The position numbers and the translations under genes were made by a program. The notes under the pieces are model-generated. The model had not been told where the DNA came from. It ran no database searches and saw only the letters and a program-made list of their open reading frames with translations. Shown in pieces: positions 34,580-42,988 of a stretch of 48,739 nt of DNA. Source of the DNA: Patescibacteria group bacterium (GTDB taxonomy: Bacteria > Patescibacteriota > Minisyncoccia > Phycocordibacterales > GWA1-40-21); the NCBI GenBank assembly GCA_018968925.1, contig JAGWZI010000002.1, forward strand, positions 1 to 48,739, read 5' to 3'. How positions within the stretch are numbered: the first letter of the stretch is position 1; every line of letters begins with the position of its first letter.

Positions 34580-34609
34580 AATCCGCCGGGATGTTTCCGG
34601 CGGATTTTT
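34580..34609. terminator. Bidirectional terminator between the ClpP-like gene and trpS
   Basis: AATCCGCCGG / 7-nt loop / CCGGCGGATT followed by TTT. Confidence 0.6.
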
Positions 34610-35675
34610 AATAGATTGAAATTCCGACTTTTTGCCTTACGTCCTGCATTTTCTTTTCAGCCCGTGCAGATGCGCGTTTGCCGCCGTCCTTCAAGATCTT
34701 CAAAACATTTTTCATGTCTTTCGCGAGCTTTTCTCTCTTTTCGCGGAGCGGTGTGATGAACGCGGTCAGGTCTTTGATAAGAAGTTCCTTCGCCTCTTTG
34801 TATCCCATACCGCCTTTTTCGTATTTCGCGCGAAGTGATTTTACTCCTTTTTCATCAAGCAGAAGTTTGTGGATGGAAAAAAGTATGGACTCGTCCGGAT
34901 TTTTCGACTCATCCACGCCCTTTGAATCCGTCGGAATCTTCATCACGGCTTTCTTGATCTCGTCATCCGTAGCAAAAAGCGGAATGACATTGTCGTAGCT
35001 TTTCGACATTTTGCGGCCGTCCGTGCCGGGAACGGTTTCAACGGCGGAAAGGATGAACGGTTCCGGCAATTTGAATGTCTCACCATATTTATTATTGAAT
35101 TTCTGCGCCGTGTCGCGCGCGTATTCGATATGTTGTTTTTGATCTTTTCCTACCGGCACAATATCCGCATCCTGAATAAGAATATCTGCAGCCATAAGAA
35201 TTGGGTAATCAAGAACGCCTGTATTAGTACCACTAAAAAGTCTTGTTGTTTTATCTTCAAACGATTCATCTAAATTACCAACTTTAGACAAGTTTTTAGA
35301 AAGTTGTTTTTTAAAATCAGCTTGAAGAAATTCTCTAAAAGAATGCCCAAGCATTAAATAAGAAACTGAAGTAATACAATTAAACATCCAGCAAAGTTCC
35401 GTCACCTGCGGCAGATCGGACTGCTTGAAAAGCGTGATCTTTTTCGGATCAAGGCCGATGGCGAGATAGTCGAGCGCAACGTCGATGATCCCCTGCCGAA
35501 GCTCCGCCGCGTTCTGCACCGTCGTCATCGCGTGGTAATCGGCGATGAAAATATAGCAGTCATGCTTGTCCTGGAGATCGACGAACTGCTTCATCGCGCC
35601 GAAATAGTTGCCGAGATGCACCCGGCCGGTCGGCTTCACGCCGGAAAGGAGGATTTTCTTCGGTTCTTTGGACAT
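34608..35675 (-). CDS. trpS: Tryptophan--tRNA ligase
   Basis: SGVKPTGRVHLGNYFGAMKQF (HIGH-type), PVGKDQKQH and KMSKS. An internal AT-rich block with an insertion is described in the findings. Confidence 0.92.
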   Translation of the reverse strand: MSKEPKKILLSGVKPTGRVHLGNYFGAMKQFVDLQDKHDCYIFIADYHAMTTVQNAAELRQGIIDVALDYLAIGLDPKKITLFKQSDLPQVTELCWMFNCITSVSYLMLGHSFREFLQADFKKQLSKNLSKVGNLDESFEDKTTRLFSGTNTGVLDYPILMAADILIQDADIVPVGKDQKQHIEYARDTAQKFNNKYGETFKLPEPFILSAVETVPGTDGRKMSKSYDNVIPLFATDDEIKKAVMKIPTDSKGVDESKNPDESILFSIHKLLLDEKGVKSLRAKYEKGGMGYKEAKELLIKDLTAFITPLREKREKLAKDMKNVLKILKDGGKRASARAEKKMQDVRQKVGISIY

Positions 35676-35681
35676 GCGAAA

Positions 35682-35690
35682 AGTATAGCA
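35682..35690 (-). promoter_or_regulatory. Extended -10 box (TGCTATACT, minus strand) 6 nt upstream of the trpS ATG
   Basis: The minus strand reads TGcTATACT, then TTTCGC, then ATG (35675). The 9-mer is identical to the one at 1025-1033. Confidence 0.45.
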
Positions 35691-35710
35691 AAATAGGGCG
35701 ATTTTTGGAA

Positions 35711-35753
35711 GAAAAGAAACGGGCGGCCGCGAAGCGGCCGCCCGTTTCTTTTC
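35711..35753 (-). terminator. GC-rich hairpin terminator after dnaJ
   Basis: GAAAAGAAACGGGCGGCCGC GAA GCGGCCGCCCGTTTCTTTTC. The core is identical to the one at 19812-19834. Confidence 0.65.
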
Positions 35754-35772
35754 TTCCTTTTGTTTTCGGATC

Positions 35773-36651
35773 CTACAATCCTTCCCGCTTCAGGTTCTCG
35801 AAATCTTCCCTTGCTTTGCGCGAGAGGCGCGACGGCATCTTCACCTTTACGCGGACGAGAAGGTCGCCGCGCTTGTCGGACGCGTACGGAATGCCCTTGC
35901 CTTTGACGCGCAGAATGTCGCCGGACGAGGTGCCTTCCGGGATTTTCAAGTCAATATCGCCGTCGAGCGTCCGCACCGTGTGCGTCGCGCCAAGGACCGC
36001 GTCCGTAAGCTTCACGCTAAGTTCCGTGACGAGATTCTTGCCGTCCTTTGCGAACATCGGATCGCGCATGACATGCACGCGAATGTAGAGATCGCCGTTC
36101 ACGCCGCCTGCGAGCGGTTCGCCTGCGCCTGCGAGGCGAAGCGTCTGTCCGTCGTCGATATCGGCGGGAATTTTTACGGTAAAGGATTCTTCCTTGCGGT
36201 TCTTATTGGCGCTTTTCGTCAGACGGATCTGCTTTTCCGCGCCGAAGACAGACTCGGCGAACGTTATCTGCAGATCGACGGAAATATCCCGGCCTTTCCG
36301 CGCGCGCTGGAAACCGCCGCCGAAAAATTCGCCGAAGATGTCGTTCAGGTCGAACTGCATGTTGCCGCCCTGAAAACCGGAAAAGTCAAAGCCGAAATCC
36401 TGCGCGTTGAATCCGCCCGCGCCACCGTAACCCGCGCCCGCCGGTCCGGCCGAGCCGAACTGGTCGTACTGCGCGCGCTTCTTGTCATCAGACAGCACGG
36501 AATATGCTTCGCTCGCTTCCTTGAAGCGTTCCGCGTTGCCGCCTTTGTCCGGATGGTGTTCGAGCGCAAGCTTGCGGAAGGCTTTCTTGATGTCCTCCTG
36601 GCTCGCGTTCTTTTCCACGCCGAGAATTTTGTAGTAATCCTTGTTCGCCAC
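35773..36651 (-). CDS. dnaJ: J-domain co-chaperone, type II (DnaJ/CbpA-like, no zinc-finger domain)
   Basis: The J domain ([32 protein letters not shown]) and G/F region run directly into the C-terminal substrate-binding domains. No CxxCxGxG repeats are present. Confidence 0.85.
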   Translation of the reverse strand: MANKDYYKILGVEKNASQEDIKKAFRKLALEHHPDKGGNAERFKEASEAYSVLSDDKKRAQYDQFGSAGPAGAGYGGAGGFNAQDFGFDFSGFQGGNMQFDLNDIFGEFFGGGFQRARKGRDISVDLQITFAESVFGAEKQIRLTKSANKNRKEESFTVKIPADIDDGQTLRLAGAGEPLAGGVNGDLYIRVHVMRDPMFAKDGKNLVTELSVKLTDAVLGATHTVRTLDGDIDLKIPEGTSSGDILRVKGKGIPYASDKRGDLLVRVKVKMPSRLSRKAREDFENLKREGL

Positions 36652-36655
36652 GAAT

Positions 36656-38533
36656 TTATTTCGTCTCCTTATACTCCGCGTCCTTCACATTTCCTTTGTC
36701 ATCCGTTCCGCCCGCCTGCTGGCCTTGCGGCTGTGCCTTCGCCATCGCTTCGCCGATCTTCTGCATTTCGGCGCCGAGGTCGTCGGTCGCCTTGCGCGTC
36801 GCAGAAAGATCCATGCCGTCCTTCGCTTTCTTCAGGTCAGCGATCTTGTCTTCCACGCCTTTCACCACCTCTGCCGGCACTTTCGCGCCGTTTTCCTTGA
36901 TGGCCTTTTCGGCCGTGTAGATCATCTGCTCGGCGACGTTCTTCGCCTCGACTTCCTCGCGCTTTTTCTTGTCGTCTTCCGCGTGCATCTCCGCCTCCTT
37001 CTGCATCTTTTCGATGTCTTCTTTCTTGAGGCCGGACGACGCTTCGATGCGGATGGACTGTTCCTTGCCGGTCGTCTTTTCTTTTGCCTTTACATTGAGG
37101 ATGCCGTTCGCATCCACGTCAAAGGTGACTTCCACCTGCGGAAGCCCTCGAGGCGCCGGCGGAATGCCGTCGAGGATGAATTTGCCAAGAGACTTATTGT
37201 CCGACGCCATCGGCCGCTCGCCCTGGACGATGTGGATCTCCACTTGCGTCTGGTTGTCGGCCGCGGTCGAGAAGACCTGGCTTTTCGAGGTCGGAATGGT
37301 CGTGTTCTTTTCGATCAAGTGCGTCGCCACGCCGCCCATCGTCTCGATGCCGAGAGAGAGCGGTATGACGTCGAGGAGCAGGACGTCTTTGACATCACCG
37401 CGCAGAATGCCGCCCTGCACCGCGGCGCCGAGCGCCACGACTTCGTCCGGATTGACCGAAAGGTTCGGCTCCTTGCCGAAGAGATCCTTCACCGCTTTGA
37501 CGATCGCCGGCATGCGCGTCTGGCCGCCGACCATGATGATTTCGTTGATGTCGTTCACTTTGAACGGCGACGCCGCAAGGGCGCGTTTCGCGATCTCGAT
37601 CGAACGATCGATGAGGTCCTTGACGAGATTTTCGAGGGTCGCGCGGGAAAGTTTGATGAGCAGGTGCTTCGGACCAGACGCATCGGACGTGACGAACGGA
37701 ATGTTGATCTCCGTCTCCATCGCGGTCGAAAGCTCAATCTTGGCCTTCTCCGCCGCCTCGTCGAGGCGTTGGAGCGAGAGCGCATCCTTGCGCAGGTCGA
37801 TGCCGTTTTCCTTCTGGAACTCTCCGGCCATCCAGTCCACGATCTTCTTGTCGATGTCGCGGCCGCCCAAGTGGCTGTCGCCATCCGTCGATCGGACCTC
37901 AACGACCGAATCGCCGATTTCGAGGATCGAAATATCGAACGTGCCGCCGCCGAAGTCATACACCGCTATTTTCTCATTCTTGTTCTTGTTGAGCCCGTAC
38001 GCGAGCGCCGCCGCCGTCGGCTCGTTGATGATGCGCAGGACGTTGAGCCCTGCGATCTGCCCCGCGTCTTTCGTCGCCTGGCGCTGCGAGTCGTTGAAGT
38101 ACGCCGGCACGGTGATAACCGCGTCGGTGATCTTTTCGCCGAGGCGCGCTTCCGCGTCGGTCTTCAGTTTCTGAAGGATCATCGCGGACACTTCCTCCGG
38201 GCGGTAATTCTTGCCGCCCATGGCGACTTCCACGCCGCCGTTCGCCGATTTCAGGACGTCGAACGGGACGGATGCCTTGTCCTTCTGCACGCCCGGATCG
38301 TCGTACTGATGGCCCATGAAGCGCTTGATTTGGAAGATTGTGTTCTTCGGATTCGTCACCGCTTGCCTGCGAGCAAGCAAACCGACGAGCCGCTCGCCTG
38401 TCTTTGTCGTCGCGACGATGGACGGCGTCGTGCGCGCACCCTCGGCGTTTTCGATGATCTTCGGCGCGTTGCCTTCCATCACCGCCATGGCGGAGAAGGT
38501 CGTGCCGAGATCGATGCCCAATATCTTTGCCAT
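36656..38533 (-). CDS. dnaK: Molecular chaperone DnaK (Hsp70)
   Basis: [27 protein letters not shown] and [10 protein letters not shown]. Confidence 0.97.
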   Translation of the reverse strand: MAKILGIDLGTTFSAMAVMEGNAPKIIENAEGARTTPSIVATTKTGERLVGLLARRQAVTNPKNTIFQIKRFMGHQYDDPGVQKDKASVPFDVLKSANGGVEVAMGGKNYRPEEVSAMILQKLKTDAEARLGEKITDAVITVPAYFNDSQRQATKDAGQIAGLNVLRIINEPTAAALAYGLNKNKNEKIAVYDFGGGTFDISILEIGDSVVEVRSTDGDSHLGGRDIDKKIVDWMAGEFQKENGIDLRKDALSLQRLDEAAEKAKIELSTAMETEINIPFVTSDASGPKHLLIKLSRATLENLVKDLIDRSIEIAKRALAASPFKVNDINEIIMVGGQTRMPAIVKAVKDLFGKEPNLSVNPDEVVALGAAVQGGILRGDVKDVLLLDVIPLSLGIETMGGVATHLIEKNTTIPTSKSQVFSTAADNQTQVEIHIVQGERPMASDNKSLGKFILDGIPPAPRGLPQVEVTFDVDANGILNVKAKEKTTGKEQSIRIEASSGLKKEDIEKMQKEAEMHAEDDKKKREEVEAKNVAEQMIYTAEKAIKENGAKVPAEVVKGVEDKIADLKKAKDGMDLSATRKATDDLGAEMQKIGEAMAKAQPQGQQAGGTDDKGNVKDAEYKETK

Positions 38534-38618
38534 AATTTTTTCTTTTTTAATTTTGATAAATGAAAAAACAAAAGTACCTAATACTCTTCACTATGCCAAA
38601 GAAAATTTCTCTGGCGCT

Positions 38619-38921
38619 TTATATGAAATCCGGCGCGCGGGACGGTTGCGCGATGATGAAGGAGAGGTCCTTGACGATCGCCGCGACGGTCGCGAAAAAC
38701 GGGCTTTTGACCGGAGCAATATTCTGCTTCTCGATGATTGCCGGCAGAGCGAGGGTGGTTTCCTTGGTGCAAACTTCTTGATGCAAAACCTTGCCGCAGA
38801 CGGCTTTTGCCACCGTCTTGCCGTTCAACTGGACAAGCTCGAAAACGACCGCGGCGATCCTGCCGTCGGGCAAGGTGACGGTCTTCGTAAAGAATTTCGG
38901 CTGTTTTTGGACGGAAAGCAT
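38619..38921 (-). CDS. Hypothetical 100-aa protein inserted between grpE and dnaK
   Basis: The ORF has GC3-rich codon usage like its neighbours. The ATG at 38921 lies 17 nt after the grpE stop. No family recognised. Confidence 0.45.
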   Translation of the reverse strand: MLSVQKQPKFFTKTVTLPDGRIAAVVFELVQLNGKTVAKAVCGKVLHQEVCTKETTLALPAIIEKQNIAPVKSPFFATVAAIVKDLSFIIAQPSRAPDFI

Positions 38922-38937
38922 GTGCAAAGGTATTTTA

Positions 38938-39516
38938 TCACTTTTTCAATTCCCCCACCACCACCTGCGGCGCGACAAGGATGCGGCCGTTCAGACTGAA
39001 GCCCTTCTTTTTCACCGCAAGGATTGTGCCATCTTCGTTCTCGTCGGTAACTTCCTTGATTTCCTCGGCAACTTGTTTCGCCGGATCGAATTTTTCTCCG
39101 GCAGGATCAAGCTCGGCAAGGCCGTTGTCTTTCAGGATTTTGAGAAACTGCGCGTGGATGTATTCCACGCCGACGCGCCAGTTCTTGTCCACCTTCTCCC
39201 AGATCTCCTTGTTCGCAAACGCCATGTCGAAGCTCTCAACGACGGACAAAAGATCGGCAATGAGATTCTCATTCGCGAATTTCACCGTCTCGATCTTTTC
39301 CTGCTCGATGCGCTTCTTGAAATTGACAAAATCTGCCCGCTCGCGCTGCCAGCCGTCGAGGTGCTCCTTGCTTTCCTTCTCGAGTGCTTTGATCTTTTCT
39401 TTCAGCTTCTTCACCTGCTCGCGCGCCACGGCTGGCAAGCCAGAATCCTCAGTTTGTTCCTCTTCGATGACGATATCGTCATTTTCCGCCGCTTTTTTAT
39501 CCATATTTTGAGCCAT
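38938..39516 (-). CDS. grpE: Nucleotide exchange factor GrpE
   Basis: Acidic N-terminus, a coiled coil, and the WQRERADFVNFKKR motif. Confidence 0.9.
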   Translation of the reverse strand: MAQNMDKKAAENDDIVIEEEQTEDSGLPAVAREQVKKLKEKIKALEKESKEHLDGWQRERADFVNFKKRIEQEKIETVKFANENLIADLLSVVESFDMAFANKEIWEKVDKNWRVGVEYIHAQFLKILKDNGLAELDPAGEKFDPAKQVAEEIKEVTDENEDGTILAVKKKGFSLNGRILVAPQVVVGELKK

Positions 39517-39524
39517 TTTTCAGC

Positions 39525-39552
39525 ATTATAGCAATTTTTTTGAAAAAAGCAA
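39525..39552 (-). promoter_or_regulatory. grpE promoter (minus strand) TTGCTT-16-TATAAT ending 8 nt before the ATG
   Basis: -10 at 39525-39530 and -35 at 39547-39552 (reverse complement). No SD and no CIRCE-like inverted repeat were seen. Confidence 0.45.
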
Positions 39553-39561
39553 GAAAAATGC

Positions 39562-39590
39562 TTGACAAGATTTTATTAGTATGCTATCAT
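39562..39590 (+). promoter_or_regulatory. Consensus-like promoter TTGACA-17-TATCAT with no downstream CDS
   Basis: It is divergent from the grpE promoter and drives the candidate RNA at 39597-39733. Confidence 0.5.
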
Positions 39591-39596
39591 ACTTTT

Positions 39597-39733
39597 GTTC
39601 TCGAAAACAGTTCTTTCAAACCCATGGGTGAAATGTTCACCAACCCGGGTCAATGTCCAGGGAACGAATACCCCGGACGCATGTACACATACCGCCCCTT
39701 GCATACTTCACAGTTGCAACCGGGCGGTTTTTT
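39597..39733 (+). ncRNA. Candidate small RNA (about 135 nt), unclassified
   Basis: The unit runs from the predicted TSS to a strand-specific terminator (ACCGCCCCTTGCA...TGCAACCGGGCGGT followed by TTTTTT, 39691-39733). An internal hairpin GGTGAA ATG TTCACC is present. No plausible CDS. Confidence 0.35.
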
Positions 39734-39741
39734 CTTGCATG

Positions 39742-39772
39742 AAAAATCCCGAGATGCTTCTCGGGATTTTTT
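39742..39772. terminator. Bidirectional terminator after rpsI
   Basis: AAAAATCCCGAG / ATGCTT / CTCGGGATTTTT, a perfect 12-bp stem. Confidence 0.65.
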
Positions 39773-39781
39773 GATTCCGGT

Positions 39782-40204
39782 TTAGCGCTTCGACCACTGC
39801 GGGGCCTTGCGCGCTTTCTTGAGGCCGAACTTGCGGCGCTCCTTGGCGCGGGCGTCGCGCTTCAAATAGCCTTCCTTTTTCAAATCTTTGCGGAGTGCCG
39901 GGTCGATCATGGTGAGAACGCGGGCGATCGCATGGCGAAGCGCCTCGGCCTGCGAATTGATGCCGCCGCCCGTGATGACCGCGGTGATGGCAAGATCGTT
40001 TCCCTTGCCCGATTTCGCGAGCGATTCGAGCGCTTTGAGCTGTTGAGCTTCCACCTTGAAATAGTCGGCGATGCTCTTGCCGCCGTTCACCGAAACGGAG
40101 CCTTTTGCCGCCGCTGTCGCGCGGACGCGCGCGACGGAGGTCTTCCTGCGGCCGACCGCCTCGACATACTTCCCTTCCGATTTTTTTACCGTTGATTTGT
40201 CCAT
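39782..40204 (-). CDS. rpsI: 30S ribosomal protein S9
   Basis: The C-terminal RKFGLKKARKAPQWSKR is canonical. Confidence 0.93.
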   Translation of the reverse strand: MDKSTVKKSEGKYVEAVGRRKTSVARVRATAAAKGSVSVNGGKSIADYFKVEAQQLKALESLAKSGKGNDLAITAVITGGGINSQAEALRHAIARVLTMIDPALRKDLKKEGYLKRDARAKERRKFGLKKARKAPQWSKR

Positions 40205-40208
40205 ATGA

Positions 40209-40565
40209 TTATTCCTTGATAGTGACGTTCTTGACGATCCGGCTCTTCAATTTGTTGCGCGGCAACATGCCGGCGATCGCGAGACGCAAAATCTCCTTCT
40301 TGCCTTTCTTCTCGATGATCTGCTGCATGCTCTTCTCGTGCAAACCGCCCGGATAGCCAGAATAGCGCGCGTAGACGGTCGACAGGCGCGATTCCGGAAT
40401 GTCGAGCTTGCCGGCGTTCTCGATGACGATCTTCACATCGAACGCCTTGTTGCGGGCATAATCCGTGCGATTCTTGCCCATGAGGATGTATGCCGCGCGC
40501 GAGGCGATCCGGCCGAGCTTGCCGCCCGTCGCGTCGATCGTGAATGTGTTCTGTTTGTTTGCCAT
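40209..40565 (-). CDS. rplM: 50S ribosomal protein L13
   Basis: GKLGRIASRAAYILMGKNRTDY. I used the internal ATG at 40565 (118 aa). Confidence 0.93.
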   Translation of the reverse strand: MANKQNTFTIDATGGKLGRIASRAAYILMGKNRTDYARNKAFDVKIVIENAGKLDIPESRLSTVYARYSGYPGGLHEKSMQQIIEKKGKKEILRLAIAGMLPRNKLKSRIVKNVTIKE

Positions 40566-40569
40566 AAAT

Positions 40570-40917
40570 TTATATGAATGCGATCTCGGCCATGCTGGCG
40601 CCGTCGGAGAGCCTCCGACCGAGCTTGACCACCCGCGTGTAGCCGCCCGCGCGGTCCTTGTACTTCGGCGAGATTTCCTTGACGACCTTGGCCGCCATGC
40701 GGGCCCCGACGGTCGACGCGATGAGGCGCTGCGCCGCAAGCGTGCCGGATTTGCCTTTCGTCACGAGTTTCTCCACGACGGAGCGGATCGCTTTCGCCTT
40801 CGTTTCGGTCGTTTTCATGTGACCGTCGCGGATGAGCGATACGGCAAGCGTCCGGACGAGCGCGTTGCGCACGTTCCTTTTCCTGCCGAATTGTTTGTTC
40901 TTGTTCCGGTGCAACAT
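40570..40917 (-). CDS. rplQ: 50S ribosomal protein L17
   Basis: MLHRNKNKQFGRKRNVRNALVRTLAVSLI... I used the internal ATG at 40917 (115 aa). Confidence 0.92.
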   Translation of the reverse strand: MLHRNKNKQFGRKRNVRNALVRTLAVSLIRDGHMKTTETKAKAIRSVVEKLVTKGKSGTLAAQRLIASTVGARMAAKVVKEISPKYKDRAGGYTRVVKLGRRLSDGASMAEIAFI

Positions 40918-40921
40918 GGAA

Positions 40922-41875
40922 TTATTTGAGCGTGATGCCGTACGCGTCGAGCGCCTTCTTGATCTCCGCGATGCCCTTCGCGCCGAGACCCTCGATATCC
41001 GAAAGGTCCTTTTCTTTCTTCTTGGCAAGGCCGCCGAGCGTACGGATGTTCGCGTTCGAAAGCGCGTTCGCCGTCCGGACGGAAAGATCGAGCTCCTCGA
41101 TGCGCGTCTTGAGCGATTCGGCGTCGACTTCCTTGCCGTTCTCGGCTTCGGCTTTCGCTTCGGCCTTTTCCGCGACCGGTTCGGCGAAGCCGACGATGGC
41201 GCGGAGCTGTTCGATCATGGTCGCGATCGAACGTTCGAGCGCCTCTTTCGGCGTGATCGAACCGTCGGTCGAGATCGAAACGACGAGCTTGTTGAAATCC
41301 GTCCGGTCGCCGACGCGCATGTTCTCGACTTCATAATTGACGCGGCGGATCGGCGTGAAGATGGCGTCAAGCGCGATCGTGCCGATCTCGACCTTGTTCT
41401 TCTGGAACGCTTCCTTCGGAACGAAGCCGAGGCCTTTCTCGATATGCATTTCGATTACGAGTTCCGTCGCCTTGTCCGTGATGGTCGCGATGTGCTGGCC
41501 GGGATTCAGGATTTCCACCTGGCCCGGAGCCTTGATGTCCGCGGCCGTGACGTCTTTGACGCCTTTCACCTTGAGTTCGACGGTCTGCGGTTCGTCGCCC
41601 ACGATCTTGAAACGGACCTGCTTGAGATTGAGAATGACGCCGATGACGTCTTCCTTGACGCCTTTCAAGGTCGAGAATTCATGCTCGACGCCCGAGATCT
41701 TGACCGACGTGATGGCGACGCCTGGGATCGACGAGAGGATGATGCGGCGGAGCGAATTGCCGAGCGTGTGGCCGTAACCAGGATAGAGCCCTTCGATCTC
41801 GTAGGTGCCGGAATTCTCCTTTTCGGCGACGATCTTCGGTTTCGACGGGAGCACGATGCTGTACTTGTCGGACAT
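40922..41875 (-). CDS. rpoA: DNA-directed RNA polymerase subunit alpha
   Basis: GYGHTLGNSLRRIILSSIPG and the C-terminal-domain HhH region (LDLSVRTANALSNANIRTLGGL). Confidence 0.95.
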   Translation of the reverse strand: MSDKYSIVLPSKPKIVAEKENSGTYEIEGLYPGYGHTLGNSLRRIILSSIPGVAITSVKISGVEHEFSTLKGVKEDVIGVILNLKQVRFKIVGDEPQTVELKVKGVKDVTAADIKAPGQVEILNPGQHIATITDKATELVIEMHIEKGLGFVPKEAFQKNKVEIGTIALDAIFTPIRRVNYEVENMRVGDRTDFNKLVVSISTDGSITPKEALERSIATMIEQLRAIVGFAEPVAEKAEAKAEAENGKEVDAESLKTRIEELDLSVRTANALSNANIRTLGGLAKKKEKDLSDIEGLGAKGIAEIKKALDAYGITLK

Positions 41876-41911
41876 GGCGTTGTTATGATTAAAAATTGAT
41901 AAAGAAACCGA

Positions 41912-42517
41912 TTATTTGCTGTAATATTGGAATATCTGCGACAGGTCGAAGGCGAGCTCGTTCTGCGCGAGCTTCGGCACGCCCTGGACCTTCGCCGTTT
42001 TCTTTTCGGCGTCGAGCGAGAGCCACGACGGGACCTTCGTTTCCTTGAGCCGCTCGTCGAGGCCGTTGAACACGCCTTTCTTGGCGCTTCCCGGGCGCAC
42101 GGCGATCGTGTCGCCGACTTCGACGCGCGCGGACGGGATTGACTGGCGCTTGCCGTTCACGTCGATGTGACCGTGGCTCACCATCTGGCGCGCCGCCTGG
42201 CGCGTCGCGGCGAGACCGAGGCGGTAGACGGCGTTGTCGAGACGCATCTCGAGCGCGGCGACCAAAGCTTCGCCCAAGTTCGCCGGACGCTTCTCGATGA
42301 TCGTCTGGACGAGCGTCTTGAACTGGCGCTCGTTCACGCCGTAGGTAACCTTCGCCCGCTGTTTCTCGATCAGCTGGAGGCCGAAGTCCGATCCGGCTCG
42401 TTTGAATTTGCCGCCTGCTTTCGTATCCTGGCGCAAAGCGAATTTCTTGCCCTGCGTTTTGTCGAAGACCGAGGGGCCGAGCCTGCGCGCGATTTTGTAT
42501 CTTTTGCCGGTGATCAT
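41912..42517 (-). CDS. rpsD: 30S ribosomal protein S4
   Basis: RLDNAVYRLGLAATRQAARQMVSHGHIDVNG (S4 domain). Confidence 0.93.
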   Translation of the reverse strand: MITGKRYKIARRLGPSVFDKTQGKKFALRQDTKAGGKFKRAGSDFGLQLIEKQRAKVTYGVNERQFKTLVQTIIEKRPANLGEALVAALEMRLDNAVYRLGLAATRQAARQMVSHGHIDVNGKRQSIPSARVEVGDTIAVRPGSAKKGVFNGLDERLKETKVPSWLSLDAEKKTAKVQGVPKLAQNELAFDLSQIFQYYSK

Positions 42518-42532
42518 GGTGATGTATGAAAA

Positions 42533-42967
42533 TTAGACGCGGCGCGGTTTCTTCGGTTTCGGACCGTTGTGCGGGACCGGCGTCTCGTCCTTGATGGACG
42601 TGATGTTTGCGCCCGACTTGCCGATGAAACCGCGGATCGCCGACTCGCGACCAGAACCGACGCCTTTGACGACCACGTCGATCTCCTTCACGCCGAGGTC
42701 GAGCGCCTTCTCGCCGAGGACTTCGCCGACCTTCGCCGCCGCGAACGGCGTGCCTTTCTTCGCACCCTTGAAACCCATGGCGCCCGAGGACGACGCGAGC
42801 ATCGCATTGCCGGACTTGTCGGCAAGTAAGACCATCGTGTTGTTGTACGTCGACTGGACAAAGAGAATGCCCGACTCGAGGCGCTTCTTCGAGGCTTTCT
42901 TGGCGGAACCCGCCGCGGCACCTGCCGCTTTCGTGTCTTCGGTTGTCGCTACTCGTTTCTTACCCAT
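42533..42967 (-). CDS. rpsK: 30S ribosomal protein S11
   Basis: GILFVQSTYNNTMVLLADKSGN ... DETPVPHNGPKPKKPRRV. Confidence 0.93.
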   Translation of the reverse strand: MGKKRVATTEDTKAAGAAAGSAKKASKKRLESGILFVQSTYNNTMVLLADKSGNAMLASSSGAMGFKGAKKGTPFAAAKVGEVLGEKALDLGVKEIDVVVKGVGSGRESAIRGFIGKSGANITSIKDETPVPHNGPKPKKPRRV

Positions 42968-42988
42968 TGGTCGTGTGAATATTATGTT

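Noticed and set aside
34608-34900. A moderately lower-GC 3' end of trpS as a possible second mosaic block.
   Set aside because: The shift is gradual and the region encodes a Lys/Glu-rich helical tail. Amino-acid composition probably explains it, unlike the sharp block at 35125-35395.
39517-39600. Search for a CIRCE (TTAGCACTC-N9-GAGTGCTAA) heat-shock operator upstream of grpE.
   Set aside because: No such inverted repeat is present. Only an A/T palindrome (TTTTTTTGAAAAAA) lies between the promoter elements.
39597-39733. Possible identity of the candidate RNA as SRP (4.5S) RNA, because of GGUCA..GUCC..GGAAC resemblance to the helix-8 region.
   Set aside because: I could not reconstruct the conserved GNRA-capped helix 8 with its symmetric and asymmetric loops (GGAA tetraloop, AGCA motif). 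The resemblance is too weak to call without a covariance-model search.
39540-39785. 81-aa plus-strand ORF in the grpE-rpsI spacer.
   Set aside because: It starts upstream of the promoter -35 box, has no RBS, and reads through two strong terminator hairpins. The region is better explained as a non-coding transcript.
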